Below are positions 45,652-60,660 of a stretch of 64,000 bases of DNA, piece by piece. Both the position numbers and the translations under genes were made by a program. The stretch is from the NCBI GenBank assembly GCA_030425355.1, contig JAUIAG010000001.1, positions 790 through 64,789 on the forward strand, written 5' to 3'. Numbering within the stretch: position 1 is the stretch's first letter; each line of letters opens with the position of its first letter. The notes under the pieces are model-generated. The model did not search any database, was not told where the DNA came from, and saw only the letters and a program-made list of their open reading frames with translations. The stretch is from Verrucomicrobiia bacterium (GTDB taxonomy: Bacteria; Verrucomicrobiota; Verrucomicrobiia; Limisphaerales; JAJOIW01).

Positions 45652-47397
45652 TCAGTCAAAGGACGGATTTTCCTGAAAGTATATTTTAAACACTGACCCA
45701 GCACCGGGATTGGACTGAACGACCATGCGTGCCTTGTGGGTGTCGATGATCTTCTTGACAAGTGCCACACCTATGCCGGTGCCGGCACTTTTTGTCGACT
45801 GCAGGATCGGTGAAAGTATCTTCTTCTGAATATCAAAAGGAATGCCCTTGCCGGTGTCCCGGATTTCCAGCACCACGGAATGTCGATCAGAGCCATCGGT
45901 TCGTGTCCTCGGGTTGACAGGGGATGTCCTGAGGGTCAGAGTGCCGCCCCCGTCCATGGCTTCTATTGCATTGAGAACGATGTTGAGAATGGCCTGATTG
46001 AGCTGGAGCCGGTCTCCCCGAATGACAGGCACACGCGTGGAGAACTTTTTCTGCAGGGTGATATTCTTCTGGTCGAGCTTGAGTCTGAACAGTGATATGA
46101 GGTCTTCCAGTTCCCTGTTCAGGTCGACATCCGTCACGACCGGCTCGGAGTTGCGGGCAAAGCGAAGCACCCTTTCCACGATTTCATTAAGCTGGTTCAT
46201 CTTCTCGGTGATGATGCGGGCATCCTCCCTGCGCGGATCACCATCCGGAAACTCAAGATTCATCGAATGAAAGAGCATCTTGATAACCGTCAGCGGGTTC
46301 CGGATTTCATGAGCCACTTCTGCGGCGAGGAGGCCCAGTGCTGACAGCTTGTCATTCTGGTTGAGCAGCCGTTCCTTATCGGTGATTTCCTGATAGAGCT
46401 GTGCGCGGTTGATTGCGATGGCGGCCAGTTCCGCCAGTGCGGCCACGCAGTCCACCTCTTCATTGGAGAAGTTATGCGCTTCGCCCTTGTAGACATTGAG
46501 AGTCCCGAGAATGCGGTCGGAATTGACGAGGGGCACACTGAGCAGTGAGACGAGGCCCTCGGACCGTGCCATCTCCACATTCTGATACCTTCTGCTTTCA
46601 TAGATATTGGAAACCTGGAGGGGCTTGCGGCGGCGGACAACAATGCCCATCAGACTTTCTTCAAGAAGCACCTTCCGCTCACGGTTGGTATAGGCCTCAC
46701 CACCACCATGAGTTGCCTTGACGTGGAGCGCCTCGCGGTCTTCAGCTTCAAAGAGCATAATGGAGGAAACCTTGCCGCCAATCAGGTCGCAGGACTCGCG
46801 GACAACGGCGTTCAATGTCTCTTCGAGAGTGAGCGATGAATTGATCGTCTGGGCGACCCGGGTCAGCGTCACAAACAGGGCTGCGCGATGGCGTGCCTGT
46901 TCATAGCGCCATGTGCTGTCGATGATTCTGGCGGCCAGCGCGGCCAGTTCGGTCAGCACCTCCTGGTGGAGAGGGCTGAATGCACTGACCCTGTCGCTGT
47001 CGACGTTGATGACACCGCGGAGGTGTCCATCTATCTCCAGGGGACAGGCCAGCTCCGATCTGACCCGTGAACGGATGGTGACATAGCGCGAATCCTTGCG
47101 TACATCATTGACCAGAAGGGGCATTCCGGTGGCGGCAACCCATCCGGTAATGCCCTGCCCCACCTCCAGTCTCACAGCACGCGCCCTTGAATTCAGTCCC
47201 CGGCAGGCGAGAATTTCCAGTTTACCGGAAGTGGGATTCAACAACGCTACAGATCCGCAGTCCGCGTCGGTCCAGTCGACCGCCGCGTCGATGATCTTCT
47301 GCAGGGACTCATCGGGATCCAGTGTGGAGACAATGTCCCTGCTGAGGCCGTACAGACGTCTGAAAATTTCCTGGGTGGGAACAATTTCCCCTTTCAT
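45652..47397 (-). CDS. Cytoplasmic sensor histidine kinase with two GAF domains
   Basis: Two GAF-like regions, H-box AAEVAHEIRNPLT, and HATPase N/G boxes (NAIEAM, DTGKGIP, GTGIGV). No TM segment and no adjacent response regulator. Confidence 0.85.
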   Translation of the reverse strand: MKGEIVPTQEIFRRLYGLSRDIVSTLDPDESLQKIIDAAVDWTDADCGSVALLNPTSGKLEILACRGLNSRARAVRLEVGQGITGWVAATGMPLLVNDVRKDSRYVTIRSRVRSELACPLEIDGHLRGVINVDSDRVSAFSPLHQEVLTELAALAARIIDSTWRYEQARHRAALFVTLTRVAQTINSSLTLEETLNAVVRESCDLIGGKVSSIMLFEAEDREALHVKATHGGGEAYTNRERKVLLEESLMGIVVRRRKPLQVSNIYESRRYQNVEMARSEGLVSLLSVPLVNSDRILGTLNVYKGEAHNFSNEEVDCVAALAELAAIAINRAQLYQEITDKERLLNQNDKLSALGLLAAEVAHEIRNPLTVIKMLFHSMNLEFPDGDPRREDARIITEKMNQLNEIVERVLRFARNSEPVVTDVDLNRELEDLISLFRLKLDQKNITLQKKFSTRVPVIRGDRLQLNQAILNIVLNAIEAMDGGGTLTLRTSPVNPRTRTDGSDRHSVVLEIRDTGKGIPFDIQKKILSPILQSTKSAGTGIGVALVKKIIDTHKARMVVQSNPGAGSVFKIYFQENPSFD

Positions 47398-47497
47398 GGA
47401 TCCAACATGTGGCTTCGTTCCGCGGCAAAATCAACCTGAAACTTCAGCATGCGGAAACGAATCGGGGAGATTGATGGACGCTTCTCCAGTCGATAGA

Positions 47498-48343
47498 ATG
47501 GCCCATGTCATGAAAAATACGGCCGCTTTGATATTGATATTTCTGTCTGCCCTGCTGACCTGCAATGGCGGCCGGGAACCCCACGGCACTCAAAATGCGA
47601 ACACTGCGGATGAATTTCCGGTGAGCACCTTTTCCATCGTGGCATGGGATGAGGCAACGGGAGACCTCGGGGTGGCGGTTCAGAGCCGGTTTTTCGGTGT
47701 GGGGTCCGTGGTGCCGTGGGCCCGTGCCGGAGTCGGGGCCATTGCCACTCAGTCTTATGCCAATACACAATACGGACCGGAAGGACTGGCACTCCTTGGC
47801 GAAGGCCTGTCATCCGATGAAGTTCTCAATAAACTGACAGCAGCGGATGAGGGTCGGGCAAGGCGCCAGGCCGCCATCGTGGATGCCAGCGGGGCACCTG
47901 CCGCCTATACCGGGAGTGAATGTCTCGAATACGCAGGCCACCACACCGGTCGTCATTATTCGGTTCAGGGGAACATACTTGAATCGGAGGATGTACTCAA
48001 AGCGATGTCGGAGGCGTTTGAAAGCCGGGAATCGGAGGACGGGACCCCGGTTGACTTTGCGGGGCGGCTGGTGAATGCCCTGACCGCCGCGCAGGAAAAG
48101 GGCGGTGACCGCCGCGGAAAACAGAGTGCTGCCCTGCTGGTTGTCAGAAAAAATGGCGGATATGCGGGATTGAACGACCGGTTTATCGACCTGCGGGTCG
48201 AGGATCATCCCGAACCCATCAGGGAACTCAGCCGCCTTCTGGATATGCACCGGAAGTTCTATCGAAGAGCCCATGAGAACCCGCCACGGCGGCCGGAGGC
48301 CACTGATGCCGGCAGTCCATCGCAAGCCAGTGAAGAACAGTGA
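47498..48343 (+). CDS. DUF1028 family (Ntn-hydrolase-fold) lipoprotein
   Basis: TFSIVAWDEATGDLGVAVQSRFFGVGSVVPWARAGVGAIATQSYAN is the DUF1028 signature. Lipobox-like LLTC lies after MKNTAALILIFLSA. The upstream 134 codons of the ORF overlap the kinase gene and are discounted. Confidence 0.8.
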   Translation: MAHVMKNTAALILIFLSALLTCNGGREPHGTQNANTADEFPVSTFSIVAWDEATGDLGVAVQSRFFGVGSVVPWARAGVGAIATQSYANTQYGPEGLALLGEGLSSDEVLNKLTAADEGRARRQAAIVDASGAPAAYTGSECLEYAGHHTGRHYSVQGNILESEDVLKAMSEAFESRESEDGTPVDFAGRLVNALTAAQEKGGDRRGKQSAALLVVRKNGGYAGLNDRFIDLRVEDHPEPIRELSRLLDMHRKFYRRAHENPPRRPEATDAGSPSQASEEQ

Positions 48344-48351
48344 CGAAAATC

Positions 48352-53538
<5,187 letters not shown>

Positions 53539-53722
53539 CGGTCCTCTGAGGGGGGATATTCCGCCCCACTAACCAATCGGATAATTCTAAAAATCTGTTA
53601 ACTCCCCGGAGGAGAACAGAGTCAGAAGTGCCCGGCTGGACGACTGATCGACGATCCTGACAGAGCGGATGAGTAGTGCGGGGGGGAGTGAATTCAATTC
53701 AGGACTGCGCAGCTGGAACTCA

Positions 53723-55048
53723 TTACAGGACGAGAGGAGATGCCAGTTTCCAGAGATGTCTGTCGCTTCGAATGAAGACCTGTCCGGCAGAAGCTCCTGG
53801 AGTCGCGAGAATCATTTCACCGAGGTCGAGCTGGCTGGTGAGCGTTCCGTCTTCCGGCGTGACCGTGACCATCTGGACAACACCTCTTTCGCTGACGAGG
53901 AGCAAGCGGTTCCCGGCAGCGAGCGGAGTCGCGCTGAATGGACCACTGAGCCTGAGGTCCCAGAGCCGGTCCCCTTCTTTGAGACTGGCGCAGGTGAGGA
54001 CGCCGGCATTATTCAAAGTGAAGATCATGTCCGCCGCGATGACAGGGCTCGGCGTTGACGGCCGGAGACGGCGCGAATTCCACAGCACGGCACCCGGCTC
54101 CCCGGCCCGGTTCAGATCAAGTGCGGTTATGCCGTTTGAGGGAACATAAAGCACGCCATCGTGCGCGACACTTGATGGGATGGTGGCGGCACCGTCCGTA
54201 AAGCTCCAGATTTCATCACCATTTCTTGGATTGATCACGGAAATGCCCTTGCTGGACTGCAGAGCCACAGCCATGCGGTCCCCACTTTGAAGTGGAACCG
54301 GCGAGGTCCAGTTGGCTGCGCGGGGGCGGTCAATCAGCCAGATATTCCTGCCGTTCTCCGGATTAATCCCGACTGCAAAGGACTGACTGTCATTCTCGAT
54401 CTGGGCCACTAGAACACCGTCGATGAATACAGGTGATGAAGCCATGCCCAGACTGTTACTGGCATTGGGGTAATCCAGGGTCAGTCCACGCAACCACCTG
54501 AGATTGCCGTCGAGATCCAGACAAATGAGGTCATTCGAGGAATAAAGAGCGAAGATAAGTCCGTCGGCGATCACCGGCGACGGGGCAGCGACCGCCGTTT
54601 TTTCATGGCACATGGTCCGTCCGGTGGCGGTGATTGATCGTTCCCAGATGAGCGTGCCGCTGTTCTGATCGAGACAGATGACGTGGAGTGTCTTCTGGTC
54701 CGGGCCGCTTGATGCGGTGACAAATACCCGGCCTTCATGAATCAGCGGACTGCTGAGCCCCTCTCCGGGAAGATCGACGACCCATTGGATAACGCCATCC
54801 TGGCCAAGATCCAGTGGAAGCTGCCCCTCTCCCAGACTTGCCGAGCTGCCGGGGCCGCGGAACTGGTCCCAGCTCTGTGACGGTGCATTGACAATTCCGG
54901 TCGCCACCGACGACACAGCCACCACCACTGCCACAAACCGCCGGACCACGACACCCATGTTCACTCTGAAATCCATGATTGCGCGTTTATTTGAATGCCT
55001 GAATGGGCTGTGAGTCATTTCCCTGAGAGTTGGAACAGTATCATTCAC
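53723..55048 (-). CDS. PQQ-like (BamB-like) beta-propeller repeat protein, secreted
   Basis: Repeated W..-containing propeller blades (GTLIWE, GNLRWL, GRNIWL, GDEIWS, GAVLWN, GDRLWD). GTG start overlaps the upstream stop (GTGA); alternative internal ATG starts exist. Confidence 0.7.
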   Translation of the reverse strand: MNDTVPTLREMTHSPFRHSNKRAIMDFRVNMGVVVRRFVAVVVAVSSVATGIVNAPSQSWDQFRGPGSSASLGEGQLPLDLGQDGVIQWVVDLPGEGLSSPLIHEGRVFVTASSGPDQKTLHVICLDQNSGTLIWERSITATGRTMCHEKTAVAAPSPVIADGLIFALYSSNDLICLDLDGNLRWLRGLTLDYPNASNSLGMASSPVFIDGVLVAQIENDSQSFAVGINPENGRNIWLIDRPRAANWTSPVPLQSGDRMAVALQSSKGISVINPRNGDEIWSFTDGAATIPSSVAHDGVLYVPSNGITALDLNRAGEPGAVLWNSRRLRPSTPSPVIAADMIFTLNNAGVLTCASLKEGDRLWDLRLSGPFSATPLAAGNRLLLVSERGVVQMVTVTPEDGTLTSQLDLGEMILATPGASAGQVFIRSDRHLWKLASPLVL

Positions 55049-56235
55049 TGGTGGTCCTCCTGTCCATGAGCTGCTTCGACAATCGGGCGGCCAAGAGGGT
55101 CACAGATACGAAATTGAAATTCCCATTCGCGGGTCCATGATTCGGTCTGTTCATTCTGACAGAGCTTGATGAGGATCCGGTTCGGGCCCCTGCGCAGCTT
55201 CACCGGGAATACGTACTGATCAATTCTGGCGGCGCGGTGGTATTCATCACGCCCGAAGACATATTCACCATTGAACCATATTTTCCACGCATTCTTGCAT
55301 CCCAGTCTCAACTCGGCGGGCTGCTCGCTGTCGCTGTAAAAATCGCGGCATGCGTAAGCTGTGACCTCCTTGAGGGCGGCAATGGCCTCGTTGATGTCGA
55401 CTTTACCGTAGGTATCTTTTGAAACGAAGGCATCCCAGCTGACTTCGCCATTCTTTCCCTGGTAGGATGCATCAAAATCAACTTCTTTTTCCGGTGGGAA
55501 AACTGTTTCAAAACCTTCCCGCCCCGAATTATCAAAGGGGCCGATAATATTCCAGTTCTGTATGAATCCGAAGGCGTCAGCAGGAGTGAGATCGCGGCCC
55601 ATATTGTTGAGCGCCGAGACAATGGCCTCCACCTGATCTGTATCACGGGCATATACGAGTGCCTTTTCGTAAATCAGTTCGGCCGTCCCTCTGTCGGAGC
55701 CGGAGGCGTCATCAGCCTGCTGAAGGAGCCGGGCCACACTCAGACGACGCAGAGGCAGAGCGGGATCATCCAGAAAAACCGCTTCGATGGGGCCGGCAAT
55801 CTCCGGATGGAGCTTTTGCAGAACATCGAATGCCTGAACCCTCGCCGCCGAGGCGTTGGCGCGGTCACTGAGAATTCCGATAATTTCAAGGGCAGGCAGA
55901 CTGGAGGCGGCCCCGTCCCCATCAAGGATGGTCTGGATAGCCATCCGAATCCAGTTATTCGCGACAGGAGAGCCGTCATTGAGACCCGCTATGAGTTCCG
56001 GGAGAGCCGATGGACTGAGTGTGCTTATATGCTTCCATGCCCGCATGGCCGCCTCGTTGCCCTGCCCTTCACGGCCTATTGCATGGATTGACTGGAGTGA
56101 TTCCGCCACATCCCCGGCACGACCGGGGATTGAGAATTGAATGAGACACAACAGCCCCACACAAAGAAATTTATCAACATGTTTCATCGACGCGCGCTGA
56201 CTGATCAGAAGATACCATTTGTATCCCCTGTTCAC
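55045..56235 (-). CDS. Secreted HEAT-repeat + beta-sandwich protein
   Basis: Signal peptide (FLCVGLLCLIQFSIPGRA), HEAT-like helices, and a C-terminal jelly-roll-like segment (WNIIGPFDNSG...AWKIWFNGEYVF...ILIKLCQNE). Confidence 0.5.
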   Translation of the reverse strand: MNRGYKWYLLISQRASMKHVDKFLCVGLLCLIQFSIPGRAGDVAESLQSIHAIGREGQGNEAAMRAWKHISTLSPSALPELIAGLNDGSPVANNWIRMAIQTILDGDGAASSLPALEIIGILSDRANASAARVQAFDVLQKLHPEIAGPIEAVFLDDPALPLRRLSVARLLQQADDASGSDRGTAELIYEKALVYARDTDQVEAIVSALNNMGRDLTPADAFGFIQNWNIIGPFDNSGREGFETVFPPEKEVDFDASYQGKNGEVSWDAFVSKDTYGKVDINEAIAALKEVTAYACRDFYSDSEQPAELRLGCKNAWKIWFNGEYVFGRDEYHRAARIDQYVFPVKLRRGPNRILIKLCQNEQTESWTREWEFQFRICDPLGRPIVEAAHGQEDHQ

Positions 56236-56353
56236 ATTGTGTCAAGGACCGGAGAAATGTCGATTCCGGCAGAGCACGGCGGAATCAGACACTGTGCAGA
56301 AATTTGCTGATCCACAGGGAACCGGCTGATAATATGAAAACAATCCATTTTGA

Positions 56354-59215
56354 GTGATGAGGCTGTTCCCCACGATCTCCATGCCCATACTGACCGGCAC
56401 GTCCATTTGGAATCAGATGGTGCGGGCGATCCTGATGCTGTTCATTCCCGCTGTCGCGCTCACCGGCATCAACACCGGGCACAGCGACGCGGCACCGAAC
56501 GGGGATTCAGGTTTCAAACCGTCAGAGATCCACTTTGTCACCAGAGTGCTGCCGGTTCTGGAGTCACGATGCCAGCCCTGTCATGGCAGGGACCGTGAAA
56601 AGATCAAAGGCGGGCTTTCCTTGATGAACTCCGGGGGATTCGCCGCGGGTGGAGAGAACTTCAGCGATCTCAATATTATTGAAGAGGGTCACGCGGAACC
56701 TTTGCTCATCCGCATCATTTCAAGAACCGTCCCGGATCTCGAAATGCCACCCAAGCAGTCGGACAGCCTCAAGGCTGATGAGATTGATAGCTTTCGCATT
56801 TGGATGAACAGCGGATCTCCATGGCCATCGCAGGAATCCATCGCGTCCATCCGACAACTTCATGCCACCGGCACCGGAGAATTGGTGAAGACGAGCGGCG
56901 GCCTGAGCGCAGACTGGGACAACCGTCGCTACAGGCCGGATTCGCTGTGGGCTTACCGACCACTGTCGGAAGTGGAAATCCCGAAGTCCCCGGAGATAGA
57001 GAACCCGATCGACCGGATTCTCGAGAAAACCTGGAAGAAGCTGGGCATCGAGCCAGCGCCCATGGCGGACTCACGAACACTGATAAGGCGTTTGAAATAT
57101 ACACTTCACGGCCTCCCTCCCGATTCCGGTACGGAGGAATTCCAGGAGGCGGAGAGTTCCACACCGATGGATGATCCGTCATGGAATGACCTCGTGGACC
57201 GCCTGCTCGCGGATCCGGCCTATGGGGAAAAGTTCGGCCGCCACTGGCTGGATCTTGTCCGGTATGCGGATTCAGCCGGACTGGCCAATGACTTCATCCG
57301 CGGGAGCGCGTGGAGGTATCGCGATTATGTTATCCGCTCATTCAACAGCGACCGGCCATGGAAGGAGTTTGTGCTCCAGCAGCTGGCCGGCGATGAACTC
57401 CCCGGAAATAATCCGGATAATCTGATTGCAACAGGATTTCTCCGCATGGGTCCGTGGGAGCTGACTGCGATGGAGGTGCCCAGAATCGCCCGCCAGAAAT
57501 TCCTCGATGACGTCACCGACATCACCGGGCAGGTTTTTCTCAGCCAGCCACTGCAGTGTGCCCGCTGCCATGACCACAAATTCGACCCGGTTCCCACCCG
57601 GGACTACTATTCATTCCAGGCTGTATTTGAATACACACAGATCGCCGAGGCTGAGGTTCCGTGGGGGGACCAGGGGGAACCGGAGACGACTCCCGACCGG
57701 CAGGTAATTGAGAAACGCCGGCAATGGCATCAGCAAACCCTCAGGGACCTTGACACCATGCGGGAGGAGGCACAAAGGGAATGGTGCAGGGAGCGCGGGC
57801 TCCCGCCAATGACACGTTCCGAGGCTGTCCGCAAAGGCCTCCCGGAGGGCAGACTCCCTCCAAGACATGCCGGCTTCTCGGTGCGGGATTATGGCATGGA
57901 CAGGATTGCACGAAAGGGCCTGCAGCGCCTCAGCTGGGAGAAAGAGCAGTTCGAGCCGGTGGCCCATGTTGTTTACAACGGGGCGTGGCCGGATATCAGT
58001 TCATATAATTCCCCCAGAAGGGAACCGGAAGCCCCATGGGATGGGGCCATGGAAACTGTCGCCATTCTCAAGGGAGGAGATCCATTTTCTCCACTGGAGG
58101 ATGTCGATCCGGGGGCCCTGTCGGTGCTCGATGGAATCGGGACAATGCCGCCGATAGCGGACTCGCGCACCGGCAGGCGACGTGCTCTTGCCCGGTGGAT
58201 CACCGCACCCGATAACGCACTGGCACTTCGGTCGATTGCCAACAGAGTCTGGTTGTGGACCTTCAACCGGGGACTGGTGGAAACACCCAACCACTTCGGG
58301 GTCACCACACCGCCTCCGGCACATCCCGAACTGCTCGATTTTCTGGCACGATATTTTGAGGAGAGTGGCGGTTCGATCAAGGCACTGAACAGGCTGATTC
58401 TGACATCCAGGGCATGGCGCCGGTCGTCCTTTGCTCCGGACAGGCGTGATGAAACCGGGATACTCCGCAGTCAGTTTGCCTGTTTCACACCGAGGCGGCT
58501 GACAGCTGAAGAAATCCGCGATTCCCAACTGAAGGTCACAGGGTTGCTCAACCGGTCCATGGGAGGCCCGCCCGTAAAACCAATGATGGAGATGGAAACA
58601 GCGCTGCAGCCAAGGATGGTGATGGGCACATTCGCGGAGGCATGGCAGCCCTCCATCCGCGCAGCCGACAGGAACCGCCGCAGTATATACACTCTCCAGC
58701 TCCGCGGCCTCCGCGATCCGTTCATGGAGGTCTTTGATGCCCCAAGCCCGGACCTCTCATGCCCCATAAGGGGCCAGTCCGCCATCCCCACTCAGGTCAT
58801 GGCCCTCATCAATAACCCGTCGGTGTTATCAAGGGCAGTTTTCCTCGCATCACAGATTGCCCAGCCCGCCGGCACTGAACACAATCAGAAGGAAAAAGTG
58901 GTCAGCAGGGCCTTCCAGGCCGTCTTCGGGCGCCTCCCATCACCGGTCGAAATGGATGGCAGTCTCCATTTTCTCCAGACGATGGAGGCGTTCCACAAAC
59001 AGAATGCCCCGCAGGCTGTCGAGATTCCCGGCAGGGTGACGAGACATGCGGTGGAGGAGAACACCGGCGAACCGTTCACATTTACCGAATTGCTGCCTGC
59101 GTATCAGCTGATGGAACCCGATCCGTGGATAGGCGACCTCCCTCCATCCGCACGGGCGGCAGCCGAACTGATTCACCAACTCCTGAACTCCAACGAGTTT
59201 TTCTTCCTTTATTGA
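56354..59215 (+). CDS. PSCyt/DUF1549/DUF1553 domain protein (second copy)
   Basis: CQPCHG...KGGLSL haem motif, CARCHDHKFDP motif and the C-terminal LNSNEFFFLY. GTG 56354 or ATG 56357 start. Confidence 0.9.
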   Translation: MMRLFPTISMPILTGTSIWNQMVRAILMLFIPAVALTGINTGHSDAAPNGDSGFKPSEIHFVTRVLPVLESRCQPCHGRDREKIKGGLSLMNSGGFAAGGENFSDLNIIEEGHAEPLLIRIISRTVPDLEMPPKQSDSLKADEIDSFRIWMNSGSPWPSQESIASIRQLHATGTGELVKTSGGLSADWDNRRYRPDSLWAYRPLSEVEIPKSPEIENPIDRILEKTWKKLGIEPAPMADSRTLIRRLKYTLHGLPPDSGTEEFQEAESSTPMDDPSWNDLVDRLLADPAYGEKFGRHWLDLVRYADSAGLANDFIRGSAWRYRDYVIRSFNSDRPWKEFVLQQLAGDELPGNNPDNLIATGFLRMGPWELTAMEVPRIARQKFLDDVTDITGQVFLSQPLQCARCHDHKFDPVPTRDYYSFQAVFEYTQIAEAEVPWGDQGEPETTPDRQVIEKRRQWHQQTLRDLDTMREEAQREWCRERGLPPMTRSEAVRKGLPEGRLPPRHAGFSVRDYGMDRIARKGLQRLSWEKEQFEPVAHVVYNGAWPDISSYNSPRREPEAPWDGAMETVAILKGGDPFSPLEDVDPGALSVLDGIGTMPPIADSRTGRRRALARWITAPDNALALRSIANRVWLWTFNRGLVETPNHFGVTTPPPAHPELLDFLARYFEESGGSIKALNRLILTSRAWRRSSFAPDRRDETGILRSQFACFTPRRLTAEEIRDSQLKVTGLLNRSMGGPPVKPMMEMETALQPRMVMGTFAEAWQPSIRAADRNRRSIYTLQLRGLRDPFMEVFDAPSPDLSCPIRGQSAIPTQVMALINNPSVLSRAVFLASQIAQPAGTEHNQKEKVVSRAFQAVFGRLPSPVEMDGSLHFLQTMEAFHKQNAPQAVEIPGRVTRHAVEENTGEPFTFTELLPAYQLMEPDPWIGDLPPSARAAAELIHQLLNSNEFFFLY

Positions 59216-59218
59216 ATC

Positions 59219-60643
59219 ATGAATCGAGGATATTTCCCATGCACAGGACGTGGCTCCGGGCCGATCCGGAACCGGAGGGATTTTCTATACGGGCTTGGAG
59301 CGGGCATTGGCGCTGCGGCCCTCACCTCACAACTTGCCGCCAGCGTTACCAACCCGGCAAAAGCCGGAAAGGCCCACCACCGTCCATCCGCCAGACGATG
59401 CATTTTCCTGATGATGGAAGGGGGCCCAAGTCACATCGACACCTTTGATCCCAAACCTGAGCTGGACAGGGTTCACCTCCAGAGGTTCCAGCGTGGAGGC
59501 AGCGACAAGTCAGCGATGGAAAGCGGGACCCGCTACTATGTCCGCAGCCCGTTCCGCTTCGGGAAATTCGGGCAGTCGGGTGCTGACATGGCCTTGAACT
59601 GGCGGTTCCTCTCCGGTGTGGCCGATGAAATCTGCTTCTACCGGGGGTGTCAGGTGGACTCTGTGAATCACCCCACGGCACTGTATCAGATGAATACCGG
59701 GAATCGTTTTCCGGGTGATCCCAGTCTCGGTGCCTGGGTCCAATACGGACTGGGATCCATTCATGATAACCTCCCTTCCTTTGTGGTGCTTCCGGAGAGT
59801 TCCTACCCGCAGGGTGGTGCCGCCAACTGGGGCAATGGATTTCTTCCCCCCGAATACCAGGGAACCCCGCTGAGACCGGAAGGTTCGCCGGTGGCCTACC
59901 TGTCGCCGCTCCCGGGTTCCACCATTGCGCACCGCAGAGCTGGACTGGAGTTCATGAATTCCCTCAATCGGGAACACCGTAAGAAGTTTCCCGGCCACGA
60001 GGAACTGTCCGCACGGATTGGTCAGTTTGAACAGGCATTCCAGATGCAGATGAGTGTGCCGGATGTTCTGGACCTGTCGGGTGAACCACAGCACGTGCTG
60101 GAGGAATACGGCTATGGGGCCGCTCCGACACACAACATGGCCAGAAAGTGCCTTCTGGCCAGAAAGCTGGTGGAGAACGATGTCCGTTTTGTTCAGCTCT
60201 ATGCCGGCACATGGGATTCACACGACTATATCGGGAAGGCGCACGGGGCACTTGTCGAGTCCGTCGACCGGCCTATAGCAGCTCTTATTCGCGACCTGCG
60301 CCGCAGGGGACTGCTCGATGACACACTCATTGTCTGGGCAGGGGAGTTCGGACGCACCCCGGATAACGGCATCCGGGGAGGAACCGCCTACGGAAGAGAT
60401 CACAACCCTGCTGCGATGACTGTCTGGATGGCCGGAGGTGGATGCCGTGCCGGCCATACCATCGGCGCCACGGACGAACTCGGAGCGGAAGCGGTCGAGG
60501 AAGTCCGCCACATCAGGGATTTTCATGTCACCCTGCTTCACCTTCTCGGACTGGACGACAACCAGCTCACTTACTTCCATGCGGGAAGATACAAGCAGCT
60601 GTCACAGTTCGGGGGGCAACTGATACGGCCGCTGGTGGCCTGA
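59219..60643 (+). CDS. DUF1501 family protein, Tat-exported (second copy)
   Basis: NRRDFLYGLGAGIGAAAL Tat motif, GGPSHIDTFDPKP, FGRTP and GRDHNP. It starts 3 nt after the PSCyt/DUF1553 gene. Confidence 0.9.
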   Translation: MNRGYFPCTGRGSGPIRNRRDFLYGLGAGIGAAALTSQLAASVTNPAKAGKAHHRPSARRCIFLMMEGGPSHIDTFDPKPELDRVHLQRFQRGGSDKSAMESGTRYYVRSPFRFGKFGQSGADMALNWRFLSGVADEICFYRGCQVDSVNHPTALYQMNTGNRFPGDPSLGAWVQYGLGSIHDNLPSFVVLPESSYPQGGAANWGNGFLPPEYQGTPLRPEGSPVAYLSPLPGSTIAHRRAGLEFMNSLNREHRKKFPGHEELSARIGQFEQAFQMQMSVPDVLDLSGEPQHVLEEYGYGAAPTHNMARKCLLARKLVENDVRFVQLYAGTWDSHDYIGKAHGALVESVDRPIAALIRDLRRRGLLDDTLIVWAGEFGRTPDNGIRGGTAYGRDHNPAAMTVWMAGGGCRAGHTIGATDELGAEAVEEVRHIRDFHVTLLHLLGLDDNQLTYFHAGRYKQLSQFGGQLIRPLVA

Positions 60644-60660
60644 CCACGGGTGGCACCCGT

